Source: Macrostomum lignano (taxonomy: Eukaryota). Taken from it: a stretch of DNA of 64,000 nt. The notes under the pieces were generated by a model. The model was not told the DNA's origin and ran no database searches. It saw only the letters and a program-made list of their open reading frames with translations. Numbering within the stretch: position 1 is the stretch's first letter; every line of letters begins with the position of its first letter. Position numbers and translations under genes: made by a program. Of this stretch, positions 11,590 through 25,492 are shown one piece after another. Where the stretch lies: positions 200,716 to 264,715 of the forward strand of contig NIVC01001587.1 of assembly GCA_002269645.1 (NCBI GenBank), written 5' to 3'.

Positions 11590-12460
11590 AGATTCTCAGT
11601 TGCTGGGCCAGCCTCCCAGATCCTCAGTTGCTGGGCCAGCCTCCCAGATCCTCAGTTGCTGGGCCAGCCTCCCAGATCCTCAGTTGCTGGGCCAGCCTCC
11701 CAGATCCTCAGTTGCTGGGCCAGCCTCCCAGATCCTCAGTTGCTGGGCCAGCCTCCCAGATCCTCAGTTGCTGGGCCAGCCTCCCAGATCCTCAGTTGCT
11801 GGGCCAGCCTTCCAGATCCTCAGTTGCTGGGCCAGCCTCCCAGATCCTCAGTTGCTGGGCCAGCCTCCCAGATCCTCAGTTGCTGGGCCAGCCTTCCAGA
11901 TCCTCAGTTGCTGGGCCAGCCTCCCAGATCCTCAGTTGCTGGGCCAGCCTCCCAGATCCTCAGTTGCTGGGCCAGCCTCCCAGATCCTCAGTTGCTGGGC
12001 CAGCCTCCCAGATCCTCAGTTGCTGGGCCAGCCTCCCAGATCCTCAGTTGCTGGGCCAGCCTCCCAGATCCTCAGTTGCTGGGCCAGCCTTCCAGATCCT
12101 CAGTTGCTGGGCCAGCCTCCCAGATCCTCAGTTGCTGGGCCAGCCTCCCAGATCCTCAGTTGCTGGGCCAGCCTTCCAGATCCTCAGTTGCTGGGCCAGC
12201 CTCCCAGATCCTCAGTTGCTGGGCCAGCCTCCCAGATCCTCAGTTGCTGGGCCAGCCTCCCAGATCCTCAGTTGCTGGGCCAGCCTCCCAGATCCTCAGT
12301 TGCTGGGCCAGCCTCCCAGATCCTCAGTTGCTGTGCCAGCCTCCAAGATCTTCAGTTGCTGGGCCAGCCTCCCAGATCCTCAGTTGCTGTGCCAGCCTCC
12401 AAGATCTTCAGTTGCTGTGCCAGCCTTCCAGATCCTCAGTTGCGGGGCCAGCCTCCCTGC
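11590..12460 (+). repeat. 28-bp minisatellite (CTGGGCCAGCCTCCCAGATCCTCAGTTG) downstream of SNX3
   Basis: About 31 near-identical copies. Source of the three-frame QILSCWASLPD pseudo-ORFs. Confidence 0.96.
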
Positions 12461-13104
12461 CAGTACCTTTAATTAGGGATTTAAAATCAAGTACATTTAA
12501 AGACAAAGAAGATTCCTACTGGCACCGATATTCTTGAAAACTGCAGCTGTCCAGCCGTATTTTATTCCTGCGACAACAGATCTCCCCGCTCGCTTGTCTG
12601 TCGGTCTGTGTCCCTGTGCTATTTTTGCTAATCGCTATATTCGAGAATCTCAAAAGCACCGTTCTTTTCTCACCTATGCTCTCTTTACTGATTTTTACCT
12701 TTTCTGTAGTAGTACGCAAGCTTCATTTTACTTGAGTAAAAGAAACCTTACTCGCTAAGTAGTATATAGCGACTGTTGCAGTGGAAAAGAATTGACTTCT
12801 AACGCCAGCGCTTTTGTCTCGTCTGTCTGTCTGTATGTCGATGCCGAGTTTTATCTCTAAGGATTGTTTAATAACTTTTTTATTAGTTCGTTTGCACTGG
12901 TGCCCCGCCTCCCACCTGTCTCAAGTTGAAAATAAACCGACATTAAATAATCTCTCTCTCTCTCTTGATGGACTTTCACTGTTAATTATATTGATTTATT
13001 CGAAATCGTAAAGTGTCATAATTATCTAACGTTGCTCTTCTGTTCCTTTTTAATTAGTTTAGTTTGTTTAAATTTAATTGAAGCCCATGCAACCTGAATC
13101 TCTT

Positions 13105-13705
13105 GAAATCAAAAAACCCTAGAGAATCTCATAGAAAAATCGCCAAGATAATCTCAACAAGCCGGAGAGAATCTCAAAGAAAAATCGCCAAGATAATCTC
13201 AACAAGCCGGAGAGAATCCCATAGAAAAATCGCCAAGATAATCTCAACAAACTCGATAGAATCACAGAAAAATCGCCAAGATAATCTCAACTCAACAAGC
13301 CGGAGAGAATCTCATAGAAAAATCGCCAAACAATCTCAACAAACTCGATAGAATCTCAGAAAAATCGCCCAGGATAATCTCAACAAACCGGAGAGAATCT
13401 CATAGAAAAATCGCCAAGAAATCTCAACAAGCCAGAGAGAATCTCATAGAAAAATCGCCCAGGATAATCTCAACAAACCAGAGAATCTCAGAAAAATCGC
13501 CCAGGATAATCTCAACAAGCCAGAGAGAATCTCATTGAAAGATCGCCCGGGATAATCTCAACAAATCAGAGAGAATCTCCCAGAAATATCACCCAGGATA
13601 ATCTCAACAAACCGGAGAAAATCTCCCAGAAAAATCACCCAGGATAATCTCAACAAACCCGAGAGAATCTCCCAGAAAAATCACCCAAGATAATCTCAAC
13701 AAACC
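13105..13705 (+). repeat. Degenerate ~45-bp tandem repeat (CGCCAAGATAATCTCAACAAGCCGGAGAGAATCTCATAGAAAAAT)
   Basis: About 13 diverged copies. Confidence 0.9.
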
Positions 13706-14918
13706 TGAATCTTTAGTTCACTGCAAACCTGAGAGATTCCTCATGATTTGTTCTCCCATGAAGTGCCTGTCAAGAAACTCAGGATTGACTCGCATCTTGT
13801 TACAAATCTGGGCAAGGATTTGTAACTGCTGCCACTGCTGCTTTCCTATTGGCTGGGAGGCGTCAGTCACTCCGGCCAATGGGAGCTCAGTAGCAAGGAG
13901 GTAGTTAAAGCTTGATTCAACCATTGAAGTCGGGGCCGCGCAAAGATTAACGGGTGAGTTTGGAGACTGTTCAACCCTAAGCCCCTATAAAATTATTTTT
14001 AACAGCTAAACTGCAAGGATTTACCATACAAAAAGAGAAAGCTTCGAAAGCTGTAATATTTGTCTGGCTGGAATAAATTAATTGCAAAGGTGAGTACAGC
14101 TGCCTACCAATTATTCTGCTTGATGAGTTCAACCATGTTCGCTTATGTTGACATTGCAGCGTCCTGACTTAGTGTCTGTTAAAACTTTCTGAAATTCTGA
14201 AAAAATCCATTAGAGAGCCTGAGAGATGGCTTTAATACGAGTTACTAAGTCCTCCTTAATCCCTGAGAAGCGCGCACTGCTCAGCTCCGCTTTGGGGAAA
14301 TGATTTGTGTAGCTTATAGTGGACAAACTGGGATGTTAGGAGTTGTGTAGCTGAAATACGATACCATTGACAGCAAAGTGGCTAAGCATGAGGAGGGGTT
14401 GGCTAAGTACCTGATATCCCTTGTGCTCGACCTACTCCTTAACGCAGTGCTCCTGTTAATATTCGCTCCGTTGCATCTTGAGTTGCCTCAGGTCATGCCA
14501 TGATGGCTGTGGCAGCCTCTCCCTGCTGCGTCTCTTCTCTTTGTTCCACAAGTGCGCAAGAATCGCCTGGCACAATTGGGAAATCTGAGTCCGATTGAGA
14601 ACAACCGGGCTAAAGGCCATGTTAACTGTGTCCTGTGAACTCTCCGTTCACAAGTATACTCGTAGCTAGCGGTTGTAATTTCTTACATCATTCGCTTTGA
14701 GTCGATGATACGGTCATCCTCTGCAAGCTTTGGGGCGTGCGCTCATACAGGGTGCGCCGCGGCCGTCACTATTCATTTAGCGCTATGCGTCCTCTATGCT
14801 GTTAATGGTAGAGCATGTTAAATGCACTGGATTTTTTTCTGCACATGTGTGCACACTCCGCTTTGGGGTCAACTGCAGCTAAGCAATGATCTCTCAAACA
14901 TCAGAGGGGGGCAGTGCC

Positions 14919-16395
14919 CAGGGGGTGTCGCCATGGATTTAATGGTGGGGGGACAAAGCCAAGAATTCTACATGTACATTATTTTCAGAATCGGTGCTAT
15001 CAGCGTCCATTTTGGCGCCGCAGGCATTCATTTTGGCGCCACAGGCATTTTTTGGCGCCGCAGGCACTCTTGGCGCCAAACACTCATTTTGGCGCCACAG
15101 GCACTCATTTTGGCGCCACAGGCACTCATTTTGGCGCCACAGGCACTCATTTTGGCGCCGCAGGCATTTTTTGGCGCCGCAGGCACTTTTGGCGCCACAG
15201 GCACTCATTTTGGCGCCGCAGGCACTTTTGACGCCACAGGCACTCATTTTGGCGCCACAGGCATTTTTTGGCGCCGCAGGTACTCTTGGCGCCACAGGCA
15301 CTCATTTTGGCGCCACAGGCACTCATTTTGGCGCCGTAGGCATTTTTTGGCGCCGCAGGCACTCATTTTGGCGCCACAGGCACTCATTTTGGCGCCACAG
15401 GCACTCATTTTGGCGCCACAGGCACTCATTTTGGCGCCACGGGCACTCATTTTGGCGCCACTGGCACTCATTTTGGCACCACAGGCACTCATTTTGGCGC
15501 CACAGGCACTCATTTTGGCGCCACATGCACTCATCTTGGCGCCACAGGCATTTTTTGGCGCCGCAGGTACTCTTGGCGCCACAGGCACTCATTTTGACGC
15601 CACAGGCACTCATTTTGGCACCACAGGCACTCATTTTGACACCGCAGGCACTCATTTTGGCGCCACATGCACTCATTTTGGCGCCACAGGCATTTTTTGG
15701 CGCCGCAGGTACTCTTGGCGCCACAGGCACTCATTTTGACGCCACAGGCACTCATTTTGGCGCCACAGGCACTCATTTTGGCGCCACAGGCACTCATTTT
15801 GGCGCCGTAGGCATTTTTTGGCGCCGCAGGCACTCATTTTGGCGCCACAGGCACTCATTTTGGCGCCACAGGCACTCATTTTGGCGCCGTAGGCATTTTT
15901 TGGCGCCGCAGGCACTCATTTTGGCGCTGCAGGCACTCATTTTGGCGCTGCAGGCACTCATTTTGGCGCCACAGGCACTCATTTTGGCGCCGTAGGCATT
16001 TTTTGGCGCCGCAGGCACTCATTTTGGCGCCACAGGCACTCATTTTGGCGCCGCAGGCACTCATTTTGGCGCCACAGGCACTCATTTTGGCGCCGTAGGC
16101 ATTTTTTGGCGCCGCAGGCACTCATTTTGGCGCTGCAGGCACTCATTTTGGCGCTGCAGGCACTCATTTTGGCGCCGTAGGCACTCATTTTGGCGCTGCA
16201 GGCACTCATTTTGGCGCCGTAGGCACTCATTTTGGCGCCGCAGGCACTCATTTTGGCGCTGCAGGCGCTATGCTTTGTCGTCCTGAAGCAAAATGATTGA
16301 TTTCCATAATGGGTCGCAAGGTTGGCATGTCCCCCCATACCTTCTATTGAGGGGGGCATGTTTTCCCTGTCCCCCTCCCGGTGGCGTCGTCCTTG
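14919..16395. mobile_element. hAT-like MITE with 8-bp TSD enclosing a 21-bp satellite
   Basis: TSD GCAGTGCC at 14911-14918 and 16396-16403. Imperfect TIRs CAGGGGGTGTCGCC / GGCGTCGTCCTTG. Confidence 0.65.
15007..16265 (+). repeat. 21-bp minisatellite (TTTTGGCGCCACAGGCACTCA)
   Basis: About 60 copies, with shortened variants recurring in higher-order blocks. Confidence 0.96.
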
Positions 16396-16831
16396 GCAGT
16401 GCCCCTCTGCCCCACCCCCTGTTCCGCAGTCCCTGTCAACCACTGAATTTCTCATGCTCTGTACGCACTGTAGGAAATCACTGCAGCAGTGCGTACAAGC
16501 CTTTTTAACTGATCACCGTATGTTCTCATTAATTATTTATGGAATTTCTGATGCTCTGTCGAACAAAGCATAGGAGGAATCAGTGAGGGAACTCTTCATC
16601 GTTTGAGCTGCTCTTGAGTCTTTTGGGTTCATTTAGTCTTTAAATGTTTAACTAAATAGTCAGACAGGGTTTTTATGGCGGAGGCAGCCCAAGTTGAGTT
16701 CATTGTTCTTTGCCTGTTGGTTTGGTTTGAGCTGCCAGACTCACAGCAGCATCTTTGCATCAAGACAAGCTTCGGTTTCGTTGTCAATTCAATTCTGCAA
16801 AGCATCTCCCATGGCCCTTAGGGGTGACAGG

Positions 16832-17215
16832 GGGGGGGGGGTAGCCCAGTGGTCCAGCGCGGCGCTCTCATGTGCCAGCGGCCCAGGCTCGATTCCAAGT
16901 GCAGTCACATTAATTTGGGGCTGAATTGGAATCTCGGCTTGGCTCTGCTCGTGCAATTAACGGCCTTGATGGCCAACTCCCAAGGCACAGTGAAGTGTAC
17001 ATGCCTAACGACAAATAAAGTTAGGGCCGCTGTACACTCCTGTGTGAGTGTGTGCCTGTGCGTGTGACTGCGTACGTATCCGCGCGCTTGTGTGCCTGCT
17101 CAGGGGAGTCGGCGGAATGGGCAGCAATGCCTCTCGCCGGTTGTGCGACAATGTCGCTTAAAGTGCGCCAGGGTGCACACAAGCCTGTAAGCTAAACTAT
17201 CTGTAACAACATGTA
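16832..17215 (+). mobile_element. Full-length tRNA-derived SINE
   Basis: G-run 5' end, Pol III A box TAGCCCAGTGG (16842-16852) and B box GGCTCGATTCC (16886-16896). Flanking direct repeat GGTGACAGG at 16823-16831 and 17216-17224. Second copy at 279-596. Confidence 0.8.
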
Positions 17216-18224
17216 GGTGACAGGACCGCTTGGTGACTTCATACTTGAGCAGAGTCTCAGCTCCTCATTCTCACTTCGGTGCTCAACTTTTACTAAATGC
17301 GAATCATCTGCAGCCGCAAATCTTTCTTCATCTTTTGCATTTTCATTTCTAAATGAATGAGAGAACACGAGGGGCTCGGTTAAGAGACCCCGGTAGACTC
17401 ATCAGAGAAGATTAGGGCGGCGGGACCGCATCCTGAATGCAAGGATTTAGTGAAGCAGCATTATTATTAATATTATTATTATTATTGTGACAGCCCGCCC
17501 AGACTAACCAACAATGGCCTCCAATACACTCTCTGCGGCACAATGCTTTTGACCCGGCCGTGGGGTTGCGGGAGAAAAGATTTGGAGGGACTACATGCGT
17601 GTGTGTGTGTCGGAGCTCTGGATGCGGGACTGCAAAACCAGCGCCTCAGATCCAAGTGCGGGCGGTTGCCGCCGCCCCCCCCCCCTTCATCGGGCCCATC
17701 AGGAAGTTGTCCGCATTGACCTAGTGGCTCAGAAACCGCGGGAATCACTGCGGCCATTGTGGATGGTGAGCACACGGGCTGGGGTGGTGTTAGTGTCACA
17801 GTTGAGCACTGTGGGGACTGCAGATTAAGGCCCAGCATTATTCATTCGCTCTGTAGAATTCCTTTGTCACGCAATCCAGATCAGCGGAAGAGATGTCAGA
17901 GAGCGACTCCAGAGCTGCTGTACCTTCAGCAAACCCAGCATTTCCCCGATCGCACACATTCTCTCTCAGCCGAAAATTATCCTAGCGCCATGAGCGTCGA
18001 TAATCTGATGTCGAGTTTTCGAACTGTCGCATTCGCGTGAGAAGGAAATTCTGTGCAGCAAAGAAACTCAAGAAGAATGCTTTCAGAGTTTTCAGGGATT
18101 GTGTAAGGTTTTTACTTCTTTTGATCGAAGTCTTGTTTAACTTGCTTTGCTTCTAGTAGCAATGTTCTGCTGCTGGGAAATGGATAGGGTTCGAGTCTGC
18201 GGAACACAAGTGGATCTCCGCCTT

Positions 18225-19235
18225 TCCATCCACTCTCCGACTTTCCCCATCCACTCTCCGCCTTTCCCCATCCACTCTCCGCCTTTTCCCATCCACTCTC
18301 CGCCTTTTCCCATCCACTCTCCGCCTTTCCCCATCCACTCTCCGCCTTTCCCCATCCACTCTCCGCCTTTTCCCATCCACTCTCCGCCTTTTCCCATCCA
18401 CTCTCCGCCTTTCCCCATCCACTCTCCGCCTTTTCCCATCCACTCTCCACCTTTCCCCATCCACTCTCCGCCTTTCCCCATCCACTCTCCACCTTTCCCC
18501 CTCCACGCTCCACCTTTCCCCATCCACGCTCCACCTTTCCCATCCACGCTCCACCTTTCCCCATCCACTCTCCACCTTTCCCCATCCACTCTCCGCCTTT
18601 CCCCATCCACTCTCCACCTTTCCCCATCCACGCTCCACCTTTCCCCATCCACTCTCCGCCTTTCCCCATCCACTCTCCACCTTTCCCATCGACTCTCCAC
18701 CTTTCCCCATCCACTCTCCACCTTTTCCCATCCACTCTCCACCTTTCCCCATCCACTCTCCGCCTTTTCCCATCCACTCTCCACCTTTCCCCATCCACTC
18801 TCCGCCTTTCCCCATCCACTCTCCACCTTTCCCCATCCACTCTCCGCCTTTTCCCATCCACTCTCCACCTTTCCCCATCAACTCTCCACCTTTCCCCATC
18901 CACTCCACCTTTCCCATCCACTCTCCACCTTTCCCCCTCGACTCTCCGCCTTTCCCCATCCACTCTCCGCCTTTTCCCATCCACTCTCCACCTTTTCCCA
19001 TCCACTCTCCGCCTTTTCCCATCCACTCTCCACCTTTCCCCTCGACTCTCCGCCTTTCCCCATCCACTCTCCGCCTTTCCCCATCCACTCTCCGCCTTTT
19101 CCCATTCACTCTCCACCTTTTCCCATCCACTCTCCGCCTTTTCCCATCCACTCTCCACCTTTTCCCATCCACTCTCCGCCTTTCCCCATCCACTCTCCGC
19201 CTTTCCCCATCGACTCTCCGCCTTTCCCCATCGAC
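18225..19235 (+). repeat. 21-bp pyrimidine-rich minisatellite (CCATCCACTCTCCGCCTTTCC)
   Basis: About 48 copies. Confidence 0.95.
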
Positions 19236-20070
19236 TCTTGCATCCCCTACTCTCATAGCTAGCTTAATCCTATCAATAAACAGCAGACACGGGTCTAGAC
19301 AAGCGCCGCTAAAACGCTGCCTATATCGGATAAATATTCTGCAGCAGCAGCCAATAATGGTGCAAAAGTGGCTTGTCTCTCATCTCTCAACTGTCATAGT
19401 TATAGGAGACACTGGCCTAAGGCTGTTCATTGTCTGATTGCCCAAGTCCGTCTATGGAGAGCACAGACTCTCAGCTCCAAGCCACTTCAACATCGAGAAG
19501 GAGGAAGTAGCTGCTGCTGCTGCTGCTGCTGCTGTTGTTGGGCTCTTCAGAGCAGCCTAAAATATGCTCTGTGTGTATATAGCAGTGTGTGCTGTGCCTT
19601 TCCTGTGACTGACAGAGCAGATCCCGATTGAGCTATGGCACTGGGAGGGAGGGGTTGGCGGGTAGAGATTTCCTGCACTGCTCATAACTCCCTGCTGCCG
19701 CACAGGCTCACGGAACCAGCTCCACACGCCAGGGTAGTTGAGAGAGAAAATCTTCTTGTTTTCGACCATCATTTTCCCTCACCTTTGTCCCCTGCACCCA
19801 ACTCCAGCTTTACTTGAAATTAGTCATACATCATCCGGGGGTCCTTGGCACTTGTGCTTCCGTGTGTCCAACCCGCATTAGCCCTCCCATTGAGTCTCTT
19901 ATCTGAGCAGGAAATCAAACAGAGATAGGGGAGGCAGATTGACTCAAAAAACCAACTCATTGCTGTGCTGCGATTTCCCCAGCATTTTTTTGCGAATCCC
20001 GCTTGCAATTACAGCCACATTTTCAAACTCCATTTGGCTGTGATGAGAGATGGGACACTGAGAGCGATCA

Positions 20071-21110
<1,040 letters not shown>

Positions 21111-22589
21111 GACTTCCCTCAAAATCCTTTCCTTCGCATAGCCTTGGGGAAAAATATTCCTCAAAGGGGAAGTCGCAGCAGACTCATAATTTATTACTCA
21201 AACGGCTGTCTGATTCTCACATTTATTTCCTCCAAATTAACTCTTCAACGAATAAAAAGATTCGCCAGATAATCAGGAAAGGTTGCCTTAGGCCCGTTGC
21301 CTGTTACATTTTAACATGAAAGCTTCTAATACAAAGATCGCAAATCAGTAATGCTCCTTGGTAAACTTAACTACACTACATATCGGCAGTGTGTCTTTCA
21401 GAAGACTTGCGCAAGGTCAAGCAGGGCGTACAGAGCCTCTGATGCATTTATTAATTGAACTTTTCCTTATTGCCTTTTGAAAGAAGTTGCCCATGAGAAC
21501 CGAACCTAAGGAATCTATGGAATCGAACCCCGATCCTTCCGCCACCTTGTGACCTCTTCAAACCAGCCGGGGCCACAGGCTGTTAAAAATTGGTTAAAAA
21601 GACAGGAAAACAAGAATCGGCCATTTCTTCTGTGGAAGCACTAAACTTGCTGTCTCTTCTTCTTCAAGCAAAAACATCCTCCCACTTTTTTGCTTGGCGT
21701 GAAAGGCAATACGCCTGACGGCCCTTTCCCAGCTGGGACAGAAGCAAGAGATTGCCCAGAGATAAAGCTGTCATGCTTGCGGAGGCGTGGCAGGTCCATC
21801 CGCCCCTGTCTTCTAGGAGAGGAAGACCTGAGTCTCAGCGGTTCTAGTTTTACTGTTTCTGCTAAAAAGCCACCGTGAAACAATGCAGCGATTTTGTTTA
21901 AAAAAACACGGTTGCCCATGCAGTTGCTGCGGCAGGAGAAAAGCAGAAAGAAATTCTGTTGCAACAATTGGCCGCTGTTGCTTGCGCTGCTGTCTCTTTC
22001 GGCTCGCTCATCTCATCCGACACTTTTTTGAGTTCGCCAGCAGCGGAACTGGCTCTGTCACGAATGTCGAATTATCAATCGGGAGAGAGAGAGTAACCAG
22101 AAGCGACTGAGGGTTAGGGATAGATGAAGTCGAGTGAGCGAGAGAGACTGGGGGAGAACGCCAGAAATCCCAATGGGGAATTAAGATGAGAAGATTCCCC
22201 AAGCGCAGCAAAATCCCATTTTCGCCAACTTTTTCCCCGGAGGTGCACGTGGCTTCGGTTTAGAGACAGGGGGGGGGGGGGGGCACCGCGGCCAGCAGCA
22301 GCCATGGGCGGAGTTGGCGCTAATTTGACGGGCCTTCGGGTTGCACGCCACTTGAGCCGCTCTTTAGCCACTTGTCCGCCGCCGCAGCCCCTCCCATCAG
22401 CTGCGCGATGAGCGTCACGCGACCCCTCAGAAACCGACGAAGGGGTAAGAGAGAGAGAGAGAGAGAAAGAAAAGGGCAAAGCGTTTTTTCGAAAAAAAAT
22501 CGAAATATGAGCAACTTGTTTGCAGGATTTTTGAACCTCATATAGTGGGAAAACTGAGTAGGTAAGTGAGCTCCTGAGTTAGTTCGCGA

Positions 22590-23725
22590 GTGGGTGAGTT
22601 ATGGGTGAGTTATGGGTGAGTTCATAAGTGAGTTCATGAGTGAGTTCATGAGTGAGTTCATAAGTGAGTTCATGAGTGAGTTCATGAGTGAGTTCATAAG
22701 TGAGTTCATGTGTCAAGTCATGAGTGAGTTCATGAATAAAGTCATGAGTGAGTTCATGAGTGAGTTCATGAGTGAGTTCATGAGTCAAGTCATGAGTGAG
22801 TTTATGAGTGAGTTCATAAGTGATTTCATGTGTCAAGTCATGAGTGAGTTCATAAGTGAGTTCATGTGTCAAGTCATGAGTGAGTTCATAAGTGAGTTCA
22901 TGTGTCAAGTCATGAGTGAGTTCATAAGTGAGTTCATGTGTCAAGTCATGAGTGAGTTCATAAGTGAGTTCATGTGTCAAGTCATGAGTGAGTTCATGAG
23001 TGAGTTCATGTGTCAAGTCATGAGTGAGTTCATGAGTGAGTTCATGTGTCAAGTCATGAGTGAGTTCATGAGTGAGTTCATGTGTCAAGTCATGAGTGAG
23101 TTCATGAGTGAGTTCATGTGTCAAGTCATGAGTGAGTTCATGAGTGAGTTCATGTGTCAAGTCATGAGTGAGTTCATAAATGAGTTCATGTGTCAAGTCA
23201 TGAGTGAGTTCATGAATAAAGTCATGAGTGAGTTCATGAGTGAGTTCATGAGTGAGTTCATGTGTCAAGTTATGAGTGAGTTCATGAATAAAGTCATGAG
23301 TGAGTTCATGAGTCAAGTCATGAGTGAGTTCATGAGTGAGTTCATGTGTCAAGTCATGAGTGAGTTCATGAATAAAGTCATGAGTGAGTTCATGAGTGAG
23401 TTCATGAGTGAGTTCATGAGTCAATTCATGAGTGAGTTCATGTGTCAAGTCATGAGTGAGTTCATGAGTGAGTTCATGTGTCAAGTCATGAGTGAGTTCA
23501 TAAGTGAGTTCATGTGTCAAGTCATGAGTGAGTTCATAAGTGAGTTCATGTGTCAAGTCATGAGTGAGTTCATAAGTGAGTTCATGTGTCAAGTCATGAG
23601 TGAGTTCATAAATGAGTTCATGTGTCAAGTCATGAGTGAGTTCATGAATAAAGTCATGAGTGAGTTCATGAGTGAGTTCATGAGTGAGTTCATGAGTCAA
23701 GTCATGAGTGAGCTCATGGGTGAGC
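22590..23725 (+). repeat. 12-bp minisatellite (GAGTGAGTTCAT) with 36-bp higher-order units
   Basis: Monomer variants GAGTGAGTTCAT, AAGTGAGTTCAT, GTGTCAAGTCAT and GAATAAAGTCAT in repeating order. Confidence 0.95.
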
Positions 23726-24936
23726 TCTATCAGTGGCAGAGCTGGCAGTCGCACCGCAACTCGCAGAGTTGGAGGATTAAGACCAATCAACTTCGGGGTC
23801 TCAGCTGCGCTGAGCCTAAAAACCGAAATCCCCCTTAGAAAAAATGAGATATAAAATGATCGAGTTCAATAATGGAGGCTCATGACCCGCAGGAGCAGCA
23901 GTCATTCCTATCTGCTGTCCTAAATGAGCGTAAAAAAAGCAACACAGAAGCCCCTCCTGCAGGCTTCATGACAACAAAATATTGCTAAGTCGCATATGCG
24001 GAAAATTTGGGCAAGAATTATTAGAGCGAAATCCTATTGAGAGGATCAGATTTAGGGGAAGACTAGTATGGCTTTAGCGGGGCGCCCACCCACCCCCTCC
24101 CAGCCCAGCTGCAACTCATAACTCCCTGTGGAGCTCTCGGCGGGGGGTCATAAAAACCGGGACAGTTTCTCAACCGCATCATCCGACTGCGGGCTTCGTT
24201 TTGTCTTATCGGATCTCGTGGCCTATAAATATGGTGAAAACTTTTTCCAAGCTCACTGAATTGGAATGACGGTCGTATTGATTATAATAATTTATGTCCA
24301 CCATTATGTTTATTACCAAGCTCACGGACTGTGATGCAACGATTCAGTTTTGCTCGGTTGATTTTAATTCAGTATGTGGCTAATATGGGTCTAATATGGT
24401 TGTATTATGAGGCTAATACACTCCTCAGGTATTAAATGCCTTCTGTACAAAATTCTGTGCAAAATCTATTGAAGGTTAGGCCTCATAAATATGATTTCAT
24501 GTAATAATCTTTTAAATTTAACAATATAGCGGCAGTCTAATTTATAGTATATCTTAACCCACTTCTAAGTATGACAAATACTTATCTATATATCGCAATG
24601 GAATGTGAGTCTCCGCTCCCTCTCCCTCTCGGCTTATGAGCACCAGCGGCTTAGGGGGACAAGGGAGAGGAAATGACTTTTGCGAGCTTAGAGATTGCAG
24701 CGAAGGGGCTTCTTAGGGAGGGGGCAACAGTTTTAAGGGGACCGGAGTGAATTCTGAAGAGGCCCGATGGGTTGTGTGTGGGTGGGGGGTTGGTGCAGAG
24801 GCTGGGAGGACCAGAAAAAAGTGGGAAAATTGAATTCTTTTCTCTTTCTGGGCTACAGACTTTCTCCTCTGGCTACTTGGGTTTTACTTCCCAATATCTA
24901 GAACGAAGGTCAAGGATGCGATTGCTTGGCCCCTGG

Positions 24937-25492
24937 CAGTGGCATAGCCAGGATTTTCAATTGGGAGAGCGTATTTTGGGGCGCCAGCACCAAGGGGCGC
25001 CAGCACCAAGGGCGCCAGCACCAAGGGGCGCCAGCACCAAGGGCGCCAGCACCAAGGGGCGCCAGCACCAAGGGGCGCCAGCACCAAGGGGCGCCAGCAC
25101 CAAGGGGCGCCAGCACCAAGGGGCGCCAGCACCAAGGGGCGCCAGCACCAAGGGGCGCCAGCACCAAGGGGCGCCAGCACCAAGGGGCGCCAGCACCAAG
25201 GGGCGCCAGCACCAAGGGGCGCCAGCACCAAGGGGCGCCAGCACCAAGGGGCGCCAGCACCAAGGGGCGCCAGCACCAAGGGGCGCCAACACCAAGAGGC
25301 GCCAGCACCAAGGGGCGCCAGCACCAAGGGGCGCCAGCACCAAGGGGCGCCAACACCAAGAGGCGCCAGCACCAAGGGGCGCCAGCACCAAGGGGCGCCA
25401 GCACCAAGGGGCGCCAGCACCAAGGGGCGCCAGCACCAAGGGGCGCCAGCACCAAGGGGCGCCAGCACCAAGGGGCGCCAGCACCAAGGTGC
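24937..25492 (+). repeat. 16-bp minisatellite (GGGGCGCCAGCACCAA) preceded by a MITE-type left terminus
   Basis: About 32 copies at 24977-25492. CAGTGGCATAGCCAGGA at 24937 matches 15/17 the reverse complement of the MITE end at 63731-63747. No right TIR found. Confidence 0.9.

Noticed and set aside
13718-14700. Short minus-strand open frames that might be decayed retroelement coding sequence
   Set aside because: No diagnostic motif recognisable without a search.
17330-17410. Minus-strand CTGATGAG followed by a hairpin (possible Penelope-type hammerhead)
   Set aside because: Stem II does not close onto a C-GAAA, and no stem I/III with a UH site could be built.
21519-21590. Minus-strand B box GGTTCGATTCC with a weak A box (possible tRNA gene)
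   Set aside because: No cloverleaf could be folded; at most a decayed SINE head.
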